Shown: piece after piece, positions 15,497-24,065 of the stretch
How positions within the stretch are numbered: the stretch's first letter is position 1
Layout of the letters: every line of letters begins with the position of its first letter
From: a virus
Lineage: Duplodnaviria > Heunggongvirae > Uroviricota > Caudoviricetes
IMG/VR virus record: IMGVR_UViG_2529292919_000017
Reading direction: 5' to 3' (one strand)
DNA length: 25,058 nucleotides
The notes under the pieces: generated by a model
Databases searched by the model: none
Told to the model about the DNA's origin: nothing
Seen by the model: the letters and a program-made list of their open reading frames with translations, nothing else
Translations under genes and position numbers: made by a program

Positions 15497-16021
15497 ATGA
15501 ATAATCATTCAGTTATTCCAGCCTTCGACTTCCGAGAAATGGTGCAAGCCAAAAACGGAGAGGTCGTTACCACATCCAGAAAAATTGCCAAGTACTTCGG
15601 CAAGCGACACGGTGATGTTCTCAGGAAAATCGAGCAGGTTAAGGCTGATTGCTCGCGTGAGTTTAGCCAACGCAATTTTGCGTCGGCTGATTATATCGAT
15701 GAGCAGGGCAAGGTTCGCCCGATGTACAGCCTGACGAAAGATGGCTGGATCATGGTTGTGATGGGGTTCACCGGGAAAGCTGCTGCGGCAATCAAGGAGA
15801 GCTATATCGCAGCATTCAACTGGATGGCAGAGCAACTGAGCCGCCGCATGGCAATTGGCGAAGAAATGCAGCACCGCTACGCCATCAAAGAAACACGCTC
15901 AAAGCTGAAAGGTACGATCGGCAGTCGGTTAATGAACGAACGGAAGAAAGAGAAGCGTGTCCTGGCTGTCGAGCATGAATACATTTTGCAGGTGACACAG
16001 CCTGAACTGCTGATTAATTGA
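15497..16021 (+). CDS. Rha-family phage regulatory protein
   Basis: ATG 15497 (the track ORF starts at GTG 15461); FREMVQAKNGEVVTTSRKIAKYFGKRHGDVLRKIEQV is the Rha-type N-terminal motif; lies between Rz and cos. Confidence 0.65.
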   Translation: MNNHSVIPAFDFREMVQAKNGEVVTTSRKIAKYFGKRHGDVLRKIEQVKADCSREFSQRNFASADYIDEQGKVRPMYSLTKDGWIMVVMGFTGKAAAAIKESYIAAFNWMAEQLSRRMAIGEEMQHRYAIKETRSKLKGTIGSRLMNERKKEKRVLAVEHEYILQVTQPELLIN

Positions 16022-16155
16022 AGATGTCATTACAAAGCCTATCTACGGGTGGGCTTGATAATGGCTTATACCCTGCACGGGATAACTTAACTGATATCCC
16101 TTTTAACGGATAAAGGTATTCAAGCCTGACACATCATGCGCTGTATCGTCGCCGT

Positions 16156-16218
16156 ATTCCCGCATTAACCATGATCGTAGCCCGACGGGGAATTCCTTCT
16201 GCGTGAGTGTGCGGGAAT
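16156..16218. repeat. nested inverted-repeat element in the cos-proximal non-coding region
   Basis: ATTCCCGCA (16156-16164) and TGCGGGAAT (16210-16218) are perfect inverted repeats enclosing an inner palindrome CCCGACGGGG (16181-16190). In revcomp the block resembles a lambda segment between bor and cos as I recall it. Confidence 0.4.
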
Positions 16219-16439
16219 AATCAAAAACGATGCACACCGGGTTTTTACCGCGTTTATGATTCGTGGGTTTGTCCCTCATGCTCGCCAGTCCTGTGCGGGG
16301 GTGGAAGAAACAGGACGCTCACACAGATTCTTGTAGGTACGATGCTATTCCTTTCTGGATTATCCCGATGCCATTCATGCAGGGCGCTGTATCAGACGTT
16401 CGTCATGGCTGTCAGGCTGACGGGTCCTCCTGGTGGGGT

Positions 16440-16636
16440 GGCCTGCCACGGGGCGGGAGCGTCGCGGAAAAAGGCTAGTTTTTGAAATTTCATTCGTCAT
16501 CACCACTGCTGTAATTGATTGATATTGCAGTAGTTTTATTTTTGCGGTGTCGATTTTGATTGTTTTTTGTTCATCGCTAACACCGTTTGCCTAAAGTTGT
16601 TCGCAAGATGCATGTTTAAAACATTCTGGAGCGGGT
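16440..16636 (+). other. cos site (cosN with cosB-like region) upstream of the terminase small subunit
   Basis: ACGGGGCGGGAGCGTCGCGG (16448-16467) aligns with lambda ACGGGGCGGCGACCTCGCGG; the downstream TTTTTGAAATTTC parallels lambda TTTATGAAAATTTTC; about 170 bp before the Nu1-like start, as in lambda. Confidence 0.5.
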
Positions 16637-17131
16637 ATGGATCGAGAGTTAAAAAATCTGACGCTGAATATCAGTCAACTGGCGGCACTGTCAGGTGTAC
16701 ATCGCCAGACTGCTGCGGCAAGGCTGCAAAATCTACCCGTTGCAGGGGGGCATGAAAGCAACCTCAAGCTTTATCGGGTGGTTGATATTGTGTCGGCATT
16801 TCTGGCATTGCCACCGCCGGTTGCAGAAGGCGAAATGGACGCGCATGAGCGCAAAGCCTGGTATCAGTCTGAACGTGAGCGTCTTAAGTTCGAACAGGAA
16901 ACGGCACAACTCATTCCGGCCAGTGATGTCAGACGGGAGTTTGCCATCTGGGCAAAAGCGGTCGTGCAGGTGCTGGAGACATTACCGGATATTCTGGAAC
17001 GTGACTGCGGTCTGCAGCCTGCCGCTGTGAGCCGTGTTCAGTCCATTATTGATGATCTGCGCGATCAGATAGCCCTGCGGGTGACTGAAGCAGGTGCGGA
17101 TGATGAGGAGGAATTACAGCAGGAGGAGTAA
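16637..17131 (+). CDS. terminase small subunit (Nu1 family)
   Basis: 164-aa ORF; N-terminal LTLNISQLAALSGVHRQTAAARLQNLP is the Nu1-type HTH; acidic C-terminus; stop overlaps the start of the next gene. Confidence 0.8.
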   Translation: MDRELKNLTLNISQLAALSGVHRQTAAARLQNLPVAGGHESNLKLYRVVDIVSAFLALPPPVAEGEMDAHERKAWYQSERERLKFEQETAQLIPASDVRREFAIWAKAVVQVLETLPDILERDCGLQPAAVSRVQSIIDDLRDQIALRVTEAGADDEEELQQEE

Positions 17132-19200
17132 TGCTGAATCAGGAAACCGCAAAGGCAGCACGAACCGATTCAGGTTATATCCTTCGCGCACCGAGACGAA
17201 TGCGGGTTGCTGATGCCGTTGCTCAGTATATGCGGGTGCCCATGGGGGCCGGGAACTCAGTCCCGTGGGATCCGCTGGTGGCACCGTATGTTATTGAGCC
17301 GATGAACTGCCTGGCCTCGCGTGAATACGACGCAGTGATATTTGTTGGCCCGGCACGAACTGGCAAGACTATCGGCCTGATTGACGGCTGGGTGATTTAC
17401 AACGTGATTTGCGATCCTGCGGATATGCTGATCATTCAGATGACGGAGGAAAAAGCCCGCGAACACTCCAAAAAACGACTTGCCAGAACGTTTCGCGTCA
17501 GCCCGGAAGTGGTCAGTCGCCTGAGTCCGAACAAAAATGACAACAACGTTTATGACAGAACATTCCTTGCTGGCAACTACCTGAAAATCGGCTGGCCGTC
17601 AGTCAATATCATGTCCTCATCAGATTATAAATGCGTGGCGCTGACGGATTATGACCGTTTTCCGGAAGATATTGATGGCGAGGGGGATGCCTTCTCTCTT
17701 GCCTCAAAACGTACCACCACATTTATGTCCAGTGGTATGACGCTGGTGGAGAGTTCCCCCGGCAGGGATGTGAAGGATGTGAAATGGCGACGGACTTCAC
17801 CGCATGAGGCTCCACCAACCACGGGGATACTGTCGCTCTATAACCGTGGCGATCGCCGTCGCTGGTACTGGCCCTGTCCACACTGTGGTGAGTATTTTCA
17901 GCCCTGCGGCGATGTGGTTGCTGGTTTCCGTGATATTGCCGATCCCGTGCTGGCAAGTGAGGCGGCTTATATTCAGTGTCCTTCCTGTTCAGGACGGATT
18001 ATGCCTGAACAAAAACGTGAGCTGAACGGACGTGGGGTCTGGTTGCGGGATGGTGAATCCATCAATGCGGATGGCAGTCGTTATGGTGATCCCCGACGCT
18101 CACGTATTGCGTCATTCTGGATGGAGGGTCCGGCAGCTGCTTACCAGACACTCTCGCAACTCGTTTACAAACTGCTTACTGCAGAACAGGAATACGAGAC
18201 AACCGGAAGTGAAGAAACACTCAAGACGGTTATCAATACCGACTGGGGATTACCTTATCTTCCCCGTGCCAGCATGGAGCAACGAAAAAGTGAACTGCTT
18301 GAGCAGCGGGCAGAGCCAGTTCCTTCCCGCAGTGTGCCGGATGGCGTTAATTTCCTGGTGGCGACAGTTGATGTGCAGGCGGGACGTCATCGCCGTTTTG
18401 TGGTTCAGGTAACGGGCTATGGCAGCCGTGGCGAACGCTGGATTATTGATCGTTACAACATCACGCAGTCATTGCGCGGTGACAGCGACGGGGAGAGCCA
18501 GCGAATTGATCCGGCCAGCTATCCGGAAGACTGGGATGTCCTGCTGACGGATGTTTTTCATAAAAGCTGGCCGCTGGCCTCCGATCCTTCTCAACAAATG
18601 CGACTGATGGCAATGGCGGTGGACTCCGGCGGTGAAGACGGGGTCACTGATAATGCCTATAAATTCTGGCGTCGTTGCCGTCGTGATGGCCTTGGTAAAC
18701 GTATTTACCTGTTTAAGGGCGACAGCATCCGGCGCGCAAAACTGATCACCCGTACATTCCCTGATAACACCGGACGAACGGGCCGACGGGCGCAGGCCGC
18801 AGGTGATGTGCCGCTCTGGCTTCTTCAGACGGATGCCCTGAAAGACCGGATGAATAACGCGTTATGGCGTGACTCGCCAGGTCCCGGCTATGTGCATTTC
18901 CCTGACTGGCTGGGGAGCTGGTTTTACGACGAACTGACGTATGAAGAGCGGAGTAGTGACGGGAAATGGAGTAAGCCGGGTCGCGGTGCCAACGAAGCTT
19001 TTGACCTGATGGTGTATGCCGAGGCTCTGGTCATTCTGCATGGATACGAAAAGATCCGCTGGCCGGATGCACCGGAGTGGGCGAGCCGGGAAACCTGGCT
19101 GGAGTGTGTCCCGGACAGTACCGAACCGTCATCCTCACCGGAACCGGTATCCACGCCTGTTAAAAAACAAAAACGGAAGAAAAGTAACCGGCTCATTTAA
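17131..19200 (+). CDS. terminase large subunit (GpA family); the last five codons and stop come from the IS66-family terminal repeat
   Basis: 689-aa ORF; Walker-A-like FVGPARTGKT; overall GpA-like. Codons 19184-19200 (S-N-R-L-I-stop) lie inside the IS inverted repeat GTAACCGGCTCATTTAA, so the native C-terminus is replaced. Confidence 0.85.
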   Translation: MLNQETAKAARTDSGYILRAPRRMRVADAVAQYMRVPMGAGNSVPWDPLVAPYVIEPMNCLASREYDAVIFVGPARTGKTIGLIDGWVIYNVICDPADMLIIQMTEEKAREHSKKRLARTFRVSPEVVSRLSPNKNDNNVYDRTFLAGNYLKIGWPSVNIMSSSDYKCVALTDYDRFPEDIDGEGDAFSLASKRTTTFMSSGMTLVESSPGRDVKDVKWRRTSPHEAPPTTGILSLYNRGDRRRWYWPCPHCGEYFQPCGDVVAGFRDIADPVLASEAAYIQCPSCSGRIMPEQKRELNGRGVWLRDGESINADGSRYGDPRRSRIASFWMEGPAAAYQTLSQLVYKLLTAEQEYETTGSEETLKTVINTDWGLPYLPRASMEQRKSELLEQRAEPVPSRSVPDGVNFLVATVDVQAGRHRRFVVQVTGYGSRGERWIIDRYNITQSLRGDSDGESQRIDPASYPEDWDVLLTDVFHKSWPLASDPSQQMRLMAMAVDSGGEDGVTDNAYKFWRRCRRDGLGKRIYLFKGDSIRRAKLITRTFPDNTGRTGRRAQAAGDVPLWLLQTDALKDRMNNALWRDSPGPGYVHFPDWLGSWFYDELTYEERSSDGKWSKPGRGANEAFDLMVYAEALVILHGYEKIRWPDAPEWASRETWLECVPDSTEPSSSPEPVSTPVKKQKRKKSNRLI

Positions 19201-19236
19201 ACCGTCTGGTCTGTTTCCTCCGGCTCTACAAAAATA

Positions 19237-19914
19237 ATGTCCATCATTTTTAATGGACACTATCGTATGAAACACCGGACCTGGATCACTGAAGCTTTAC
19301 GTCTTCACTTTGAAGAACATTTACCCCGGGTTGTGGCCGGGCGTCGCCTGGGTGTACCAAAATCAACAGTTTGTAGTATGTTCGTGCGCTTTCGGAGAGC
19401 TGGCCTTTCGTGGCCTTTGCCCGCAGGCATGTCGGAGCAGGAACTTGATGCCTGCCTTTACGGACAATTTTCCACGGTACCAGTCGTACGTCCTGAAAGC
19501 ACCGTTATATCCGAAGCCCCCGTGGTAAAAAAACGTCCCCGGCGGCCCAACTTCCCTTATGAGTTTAAAATCGCCTTAGTGGAGCAGTCACTGCAGCCCG
19601 GAGCCTGTGTGGCGCAGATCGCCCGGGAAAACGGAATCAACGATAACCTGCTCTTCAACTGGCGCCATCAATACCGGAAAGGTGGCCTGCTGCCTTCCGG
19701 AAAAAATATGCCGGCACTGCTTCCCGTGACGTTAACGCCGGAGCCGGATAATAAAATCCCGGCCCCCGCACAGGAACCAGAGCAGATAAATACACCGTCC
19801 GACAGTCTGTGTTGTGAGCTGGTTCTGCCGGCCGGAACTCTCAGGCTTAAAGGTAAACTGACGCCGGCGTTATTACAGACACTTATCCGCGAAATAAAAG
19901 GGAGCAGCCACTGA
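19237..19914 (+). CDS. IS66-family accessory protein (orfA-type, HTH)
   Basis: 225-aa ORF; the C-terminal half (…PNFPYEFKIALVEQSLQPGACVAQIARENGINDNLLFNWRHQYRKG…) resembles IS66 TnpA-type proteins; the true start is uncertain (ATG 19237 or 19267). Confidence 0.65.
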   Translation: MSIIFNGHYRMKHRTWITEALRLHFEEHLPRVVAGRRLGVPKSTVCSMFVRFRRAGLSWPLPAGMSEQELDACLYGQFSTVPVVRPESTVISEAPVVKKRPRRPNFPYEFKIALVEQSLQPGACVAQIARENGINDNLLFNWRHQYRKGGLLPSGKNMPALLPVTLTPEPDNKIPAPAQEPEQINTPSDSLCCELVLPAGTLRLKGKLTPALLQTLIREIKGSSH

Positions 19915-20261
19915 TGATATCTCTCCCTGCAGGTTCGCGTATCTGGCTGGTTGCAGGTATCACCGATATGCGAAATGGCTTTAACGGCCTGGCATCAAAA
20001 GTTCAGAACGTCCTGAAGGATGACCCGTTCTCCGGACACCTGTTCATCTTCCGCGGACGCCGGGGTGACCAGATAAAAGTGTTGTGGGCTGACAGTGACG
20101 GACTGTGCCTCTTCACCAAACGCCTGGAGCGGGGCCGCTTCGTCTGGCCAGTCACCCGTGACGGCAAGGTGCACCTTACTCCGGCTCAGTTATCCATGCT
20201 TCTTGAAGGTATCAACTGGAAGCACCCGAAACGAACGGAACGCGCTGGAATCCGCATATAA
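19914..20261 (+). CDS. IS66-family Orf2 (TnpB-type) protein
   Basis: 115-aa ORF MISLPAGSRIWLVAGITDMRNGFNGLASKVQNVL... typical of IS66 Orf2; start overlaps the upstream stop. Confidence 0.85.
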   Translation: MISLPAGSRIWLVAGITDMRNGFNGLASKVQNVLKDDPFSGHLFIFRGRRGDQIKVLWADSDGLCLFTKRLERGRFVWPVTRDGKVHLTPAQLSMLLEGINWKHPKRTERAGIRI

Positions 20262-20280
20262 CCCGTTGTAAAGTGAGGAT

Positions 20281-21852
20281 ATGGACACCTCACTTGCTCA
20301 TGAGAACGCCCGCCTGCGGGCACTGTTGCAGACGCAACAGGACACCATCCGCCAGATGGCTGAATACAACCGCCTGCTCTCACAGCGGGTGGCGGCTTAT
20401 GCTTCCGAAATCAACCGGCTGAAGGCGCTGGTTGCGAAACTGCAACGTATGCAGTTCGGTAAAAGCTCAGAAAAACTTCGTGCAAAAACCGAACGGCAGA
20501 TACAGGAAGCACAGGAGCGAATCAGCGCACTTCAGGAAGAAATGGCGGAAACGCTGGGTGAGCAATATGACCCGGTACTGCCATCCGCCCTGCGCCAGTC
20601 TTCAGCCCGTAAACCGTTACCGGCCTCACTTCCCCGTGAAACCCGGGTTATCCGGCCGGAAGAGGAATGCTGTCCTGCCTGTGGTGGTGAACTCAGTTCT
20701 CTGGGATGTGATGTGTCAGAGCAACTGGAGCTTATCAGCAGCGCCTTTAAGGTTATCGAAACACAACGTCCGAAACAGGCCTGTTGCCGGTGCGACCATA
20801 TCGTGCAGGCACCAGTACCTTCAAAACCCATTGCACGCAGTTATGCCGGAGCGGGGCTTCTGGCCCATGTTGTCACCGGGAAATATGCAGACCATCTGCC
20901 GTTATACCGCCAGTCAGAAATATACCGTCGTCAGGGAGTGGAGCTGAGCCGTGCCACACTGGGGCGCTGGACAGGTGCTGTTGCTGAACTGCTGGAGCCG
21001 CTGTATGACGTCCTGCGCCAGTATGTGCTGATGCCCGGTAAAGTCCATGCTGATGATATCCCCGTCCCGGTCCAGGAGCCGGGCAGCGGTAAAACCCGGA
21101 CAGCCCGGCTGTGGGTCTACGTCCGTGATGACCGTAACGCCGGTTCACAGATGCCCCCGGCGGTCTGGTTCGCGTACAGTCCGGACCGGAAAGGTATCCA
21201 TCCACAAAATCACCTGGCCGGTTACAGCGGTGTGCTTCAGGCCGATGCTTACGGTGGTTACCGGGCGTTATACGAATCCGGCAGAATAACGGAAGCCGCG
21301 TGTATGGCTCATGCCCGGAGAAAAATCCACGATGTGCATGCAAGAGCGCCCACCTACATCACCACGGAAGCCCTGCAGCGTATCGGTGAACTGTATGCCA
21401 TCGAGGCAGAGGTCCGGGGCTGTTCAGCAGAACAGCGTCTGGCGGCAAGAAAAGCCAGAGCCGCGCCACTGATGCAGTCACTGTATGACTGGATACAGCA
21501 ACAGATGAAAACACTGTCGCGTCACTCAGATACGGCAAAAGCGTTCGCATACCTGCTGAAACAGTGGGATGCACTGAACGTGTACTGCAGTAATGGCTGG
21601 GTGGAAATCGACAACAACATCGCAGAGAACGCCTTACGGGGAGTGGCCGTAGGCCGGAAAAACTGGATGTTCGCGGGTTCCGACAGCGGTGGTGAACATG
21701 CGGCGGTGTTGTACTCGCTGATCGGCACATGCCGTCTGAACAATGTGGAGCCAGAAAAGTGGCTGCGTTACGTCATTGAACATATCCAGGACTGGCCGGC
21801 AAACCGGGTACGCGATCTGTTGCCCTGGAAAGTTGATCTGAGCTCTCAGTAA
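20281..21852 (+). CDS. IS66-family transposase (TnpC-type)
   Basis: 523-aa ORF with an N-terminal coiled-coil/leucine-zipper region, a CxxC...CxC zinc motif (CPACGG...CRCDH) and a long DDE-type catalytic region, as in IS66 transposases. Confidence 0.9.
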   Translation: MDTSLAHENARLRALLQTQQDTIRQMAEYNRLLSQRVAAYASEINRLKALVAKLQRMQFGKSSEKLRAKTERQIQEAQERISALQEEMAETLGEQYDPVLPSALRQSSARKPLPASLPRETRVIRPEEECCPACGGELSSLGCDVSEQLELISSAFKVIETQRPKQACCRCDHIVQAPVPSKPIARSYAGAGLLAHVVTGKYADHLPLYRQSEIYRRQGVELSRATLGRWTGAVAELLEPLYDVLRQYVLMPGKVHADDIPVPVQEPGSGKTRTARLWVYVRDDRNAGSQMPPAVWFAYSPDRKGIHPQNHLAGYSGVLQADAYGGYRALYESGRITEAACMAHARRKIHDVHARAPTYITTEALQRIGELYAIEAEVRGCSAEQRLAARKARAAPLMQSLYDWIQQQMKTLSRHSDTAKAFAYLLKQWDALNVYCSNGWVEIDNNIAENALRGVAVGRKNWMFAGSDSGGEHAAVLYSLIGTCRLNNVEPEKWLRYVIEHIQDWPANRVRDLLPWKVDLSSQ

Positions 21853-21882
21853 ATATCAATACGGTTCTGACGAGTCGCTTAC

Positions 21883-22038
21883 AGATAAAAAGCAGATACA
21901 GTGTGTGGTAAGACCGCTGCAAATCCTGCGTGCTGACGGGACGTGGGAAAATATTGGCGGGATGAAATAGCCGACGGGTTCACAAAAAAACCGGAGTCCG
22001 GCTCCGGTTTTTGTTGTCATGCCATGGTGATGTTTGTT
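21883..22038 (+). repeat. copy 1 of a ~150-bp direct repeat, carrying a palindromic terminator-like hairpin
   Basis: AGATAAAAAGCAGATACAGTG...GGCGGGATGAAATAGCCGACGGGTTCAC-AAAAAAACCGGAGTCCGGCTCCGGTTTTTGTTGTCATG... is repeated at 22771-22915 with about 90 percent identity; hairpin CCGGAG/CTCCGG at 21991-22007 flanked by an A-run and a T-run. Begins at the IS66 right end. Confidence 0.7.
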
Positions 22039-22084
22039 ATGACTCCCTGTGTTTGGAATGAATATTTAAATAGGGAGTTTTGTC

Positions 22085-22663
22085 ATGCCATCATTAGTTT
22101 CAGGTATTCAATCATCCTCACTTTCCACCGGAATGCAGGTTCTTCGTGCTCAAATGGCCGCCAGTGGTGGTGGAGAAATTACAGTAGGCGGACAGACGGT
22201 TAGTATCACATATAGTGAAACGGATGGTCGCTTTCTGGCGAGTGGGGGCAATAACAGTTTGCTTTCTGGATTATTACTTACAGGGCTTAATGGTGGTCCT
22301 GAAGCGCTCAGGGATATAATGTTAAGAATGGTTTCAGGTTCAGGTAACACACAATCACATGGTGATATTGAGGGGAAAATATCACAATATAAGTTTTCGG
22401 TTAATACGCAGAGCCTTCAGTGCCCATCCGAGGCGGTTCGATGCCCAATTATACTGGATAAGCCAGAAGAAGGTGTGTTTGTTAAAAATTCAGAAGATTC
22501 TTTGGTTTGTACCTTATTTGATTCGGTTTCTTTTTCTCATTTGGTTCGTGACGGTGGGAGGCACCCGCTAACACGAGAACCAATAACGTCATCAATGATT
22601 GTAAGTCCAGAACAATGTATTTATGACCAAGCCAAAGGAAACTTTGTCATAAAGGATAAGTGA
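22085..22663 (+). CDS. nleG: NleG-family T3SS effector (U-box-type E3 ubiquitin ligase)
   Basis: 192-aa ORF in an AT-rich context; C-terminal region VRCPIILDKPEEGVFVKNSEDSLVCTLFDSVSFSHLVRDGGRHPLTREPITSSMIVSPEQCIYD has the pattern I recall for the NleG U-box domain. Family call needs a search. Confidence 0.6.
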   Translation: MPSLVSGIQSSSLSTGMQVLRAQMAASGGGEITVGGQTVSITYSETDGRFLASGGNNSLLSGLLLTGLNGGPEALRDIMLRMVSGSGNTQSHGDIEGKISQYKFSVNTQSLQCPSEAVRCPIILDKPEEGVFVKNSEDSLVCTLFDSVSFSHLVRDGGRHPLTREPITSSMIVSPEQCIYDQAKGNFVIKDK

Positions 22664-22770
22664 AATAAATATTACCCAAGCTATATGTTAACTGCCAGTT
22701 GCTTATATGAAATGCTACAGATGTTCAGGGTATAAGGATGTGGTAATAACACAGGTGGTGTACTGGATGC

Positions 22771-22915
22771 AGATAAAAAGCATATACAGTGAGTGGAGAG
22801 GCCGCTAATCAGTCGTGCTGACGGGGAAATATTGGCGGGATGAAATAGCCGACGAGTTCACAAAAACCGGAGTCCGGCTCCGGTTTTTGTTGTCATGTCC
22901 GGTGGATGTTTGTTA
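22771..22915 (+). repeat. copy 2 of the same direct repeat, between the NleG-like and NleB-like genes
   Basis: Same block as 21883-22038, including the hairpin CCGGAGTCCGGCTCCGG (22867-22883) followed by TTTTT. Confidence 0.7.
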
Positions 22916-23024
22916 GGAAAGCAAAGATGGCAAAACTGCTGGAGGTTTTGTGGTTGAGTATGCCAATATAATTAATAGATTAAAGAGTTAGTTGTGAAGA
23001 AAATATGGATAAACAGGACGACGA

Positions 23025-24005
23025 ATGCTTTCACCGATAAGGACAACTTTCCATAACTCAGTAAATATAGTGCAGAGTTCACCCTGTCAAACGGTTTCTT
23101 TTGCAGGAAAGGAATATGAGTTAAAGGTCATTGATGAAAAAACGCCTATTCTTTTTCAGTGGTTTGAACCTAATCCTGAACGATATAAGAAAGATGAGGT
23201 TCCAATAGTTAATACTAAGCAGCATCCCTATTTAGATAATGTCACAAATGCGGCAAGGATAGAGAGTGATCGTATGATAGGTATTTTTGTTGATGGCGAT
23301 TTTTCAGTCAACCAAAAGACTGCTTTTTCAAAATTGGAACGAGATTTTGAAAATGTAATGATAATCTATCGGGAAGATGTTGACTTCAGTATGTATGACA
23401 GAAAACTATCAGATATTTATCATGATATTATATGTGAACAAAGGTTACGAACTGAAGACAAAAGAGATGAATACTTGTTGAATCTGTTAGAGAAAGAGCT
23501 GAGGGAAATTTCAAAGGCGCAGGATTCTTTGATTTCTATGTATGCAAAGAAAAGAAATCATGCATGGTTTGATTTCTTCAGAAATTTAGCCTTATTAAAA
23601 GCAGGAGAGATATTCAGGTGCACATATAATACAAAGAATCACGGTATTTCATTCGGGGAGGGGTGTATCTATCTTGATATGGATATGATACTTACAGGTA
23701 AGCTTGGTACAATATATGCTCCTGATGGAATTTCAATGCATGTGGATCGTCGTAATGATAGTGTAAATATTGAAAATAGTGCAATAATTGTTAACCGTAG
23801 TAATCATCCTGCTCTACTTGAGGGACTTTCTTTTATGCATAGTAAAGTAGATGCTCATCCATATTATGATGGTTTGGGGAAAGGAGTTAAGAAATATTTT
23901 AATTTTACACCATTACATAATTATAATCATTTTTGTGACTTTATTGAGTTTAACCACCCTAATATAATCATGAACACAAGTCAGTATACATGCAGTTCAT
24001 GGTAA
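23025..24005 (+). CDS. nleB2: NleB-family T3SS effector (arginine GlcNAc-transferase), NleB2-like
   Basis: 326-aa ORF; blocks VSFAGKEY, EKTPILFQWFE, DVDFSMYD, KLSDIY, WFDFFRNLA, GCIYLDMDMI (DxD motif), LYAPDGI, VNRSNHPALL, VDAHPYYDGLGKG, FCDFIEF match NleB as I recall it. Confidence 0.8.
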   Translation: MLSPIRTTFHNSVNIVQSSPCQTVSFAGKEYELKVIDEKTPILFQWFEPNPERYKKDEVPIVNTKQHPYLDNVTNAARIESDRMIGIFVDGDFSVNQKTAFSKLERDFENVMIIYREDVDFSMYDRKLSDIYHDIICEQRLRTEDKRDEYLLNLLEKELREISKAQDSLISMYAKKRNHAWFDFFRNLALLKAGEIFRCTYNTKNHGISFGEGCIYLDMDMILTGKLGTIYAPDGISMHVDRRNDSVNIENSAIIVNRSNHPALLEGLSFMHSKVDAHPYYDGLGKGVKKYFNFTPLHNYNHFCDFIEFNHPNIIMNTSQYTCSSW

Positions 24006-24065
24006 ATGAATTTGATATAGTTTATTTTGTTGTAATAAATGATTTGCAGGGTATTAGATATAAAC

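Larger units (their letters stand above)
19184..21882 (+). mobile_element. IS66-family insertion sequence (about 2.7 kb, three ORFs)
   Basis: Imperfect terminal inverted repeats GTAACCGGCTCATTTAAACCGT (19184-) and GTAAGCGACTCGTCAGAACCGT (revcomp, ending 21882) with the GTAA terminus typical of the family. Flanks GAAGAAAA (left) and AGATAAAA (right) are not an exact 8-bp duplication. Confidence 0.8.

Noticed and set aside
15509-15874. 121-aa minus-strand ORF
   Set aside because: Antisense to the Rha-family gene with no independent start signals.
16207-16485. 92-aa and 71-aa plus-strand ORFs in the cos-proximal region
   Set aside because: No ribosome-binding sites, overlap the cosN-like sequence and the inverted-repeat element; region better explained as cis-acting DNA.
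20873-21343. 156-aa minus-strand ORF (and others at 20532-20831, 21359-21730)
   Set aside because: All lie antisense within the IS66-family transposase gene; GC-rich shadow frames.
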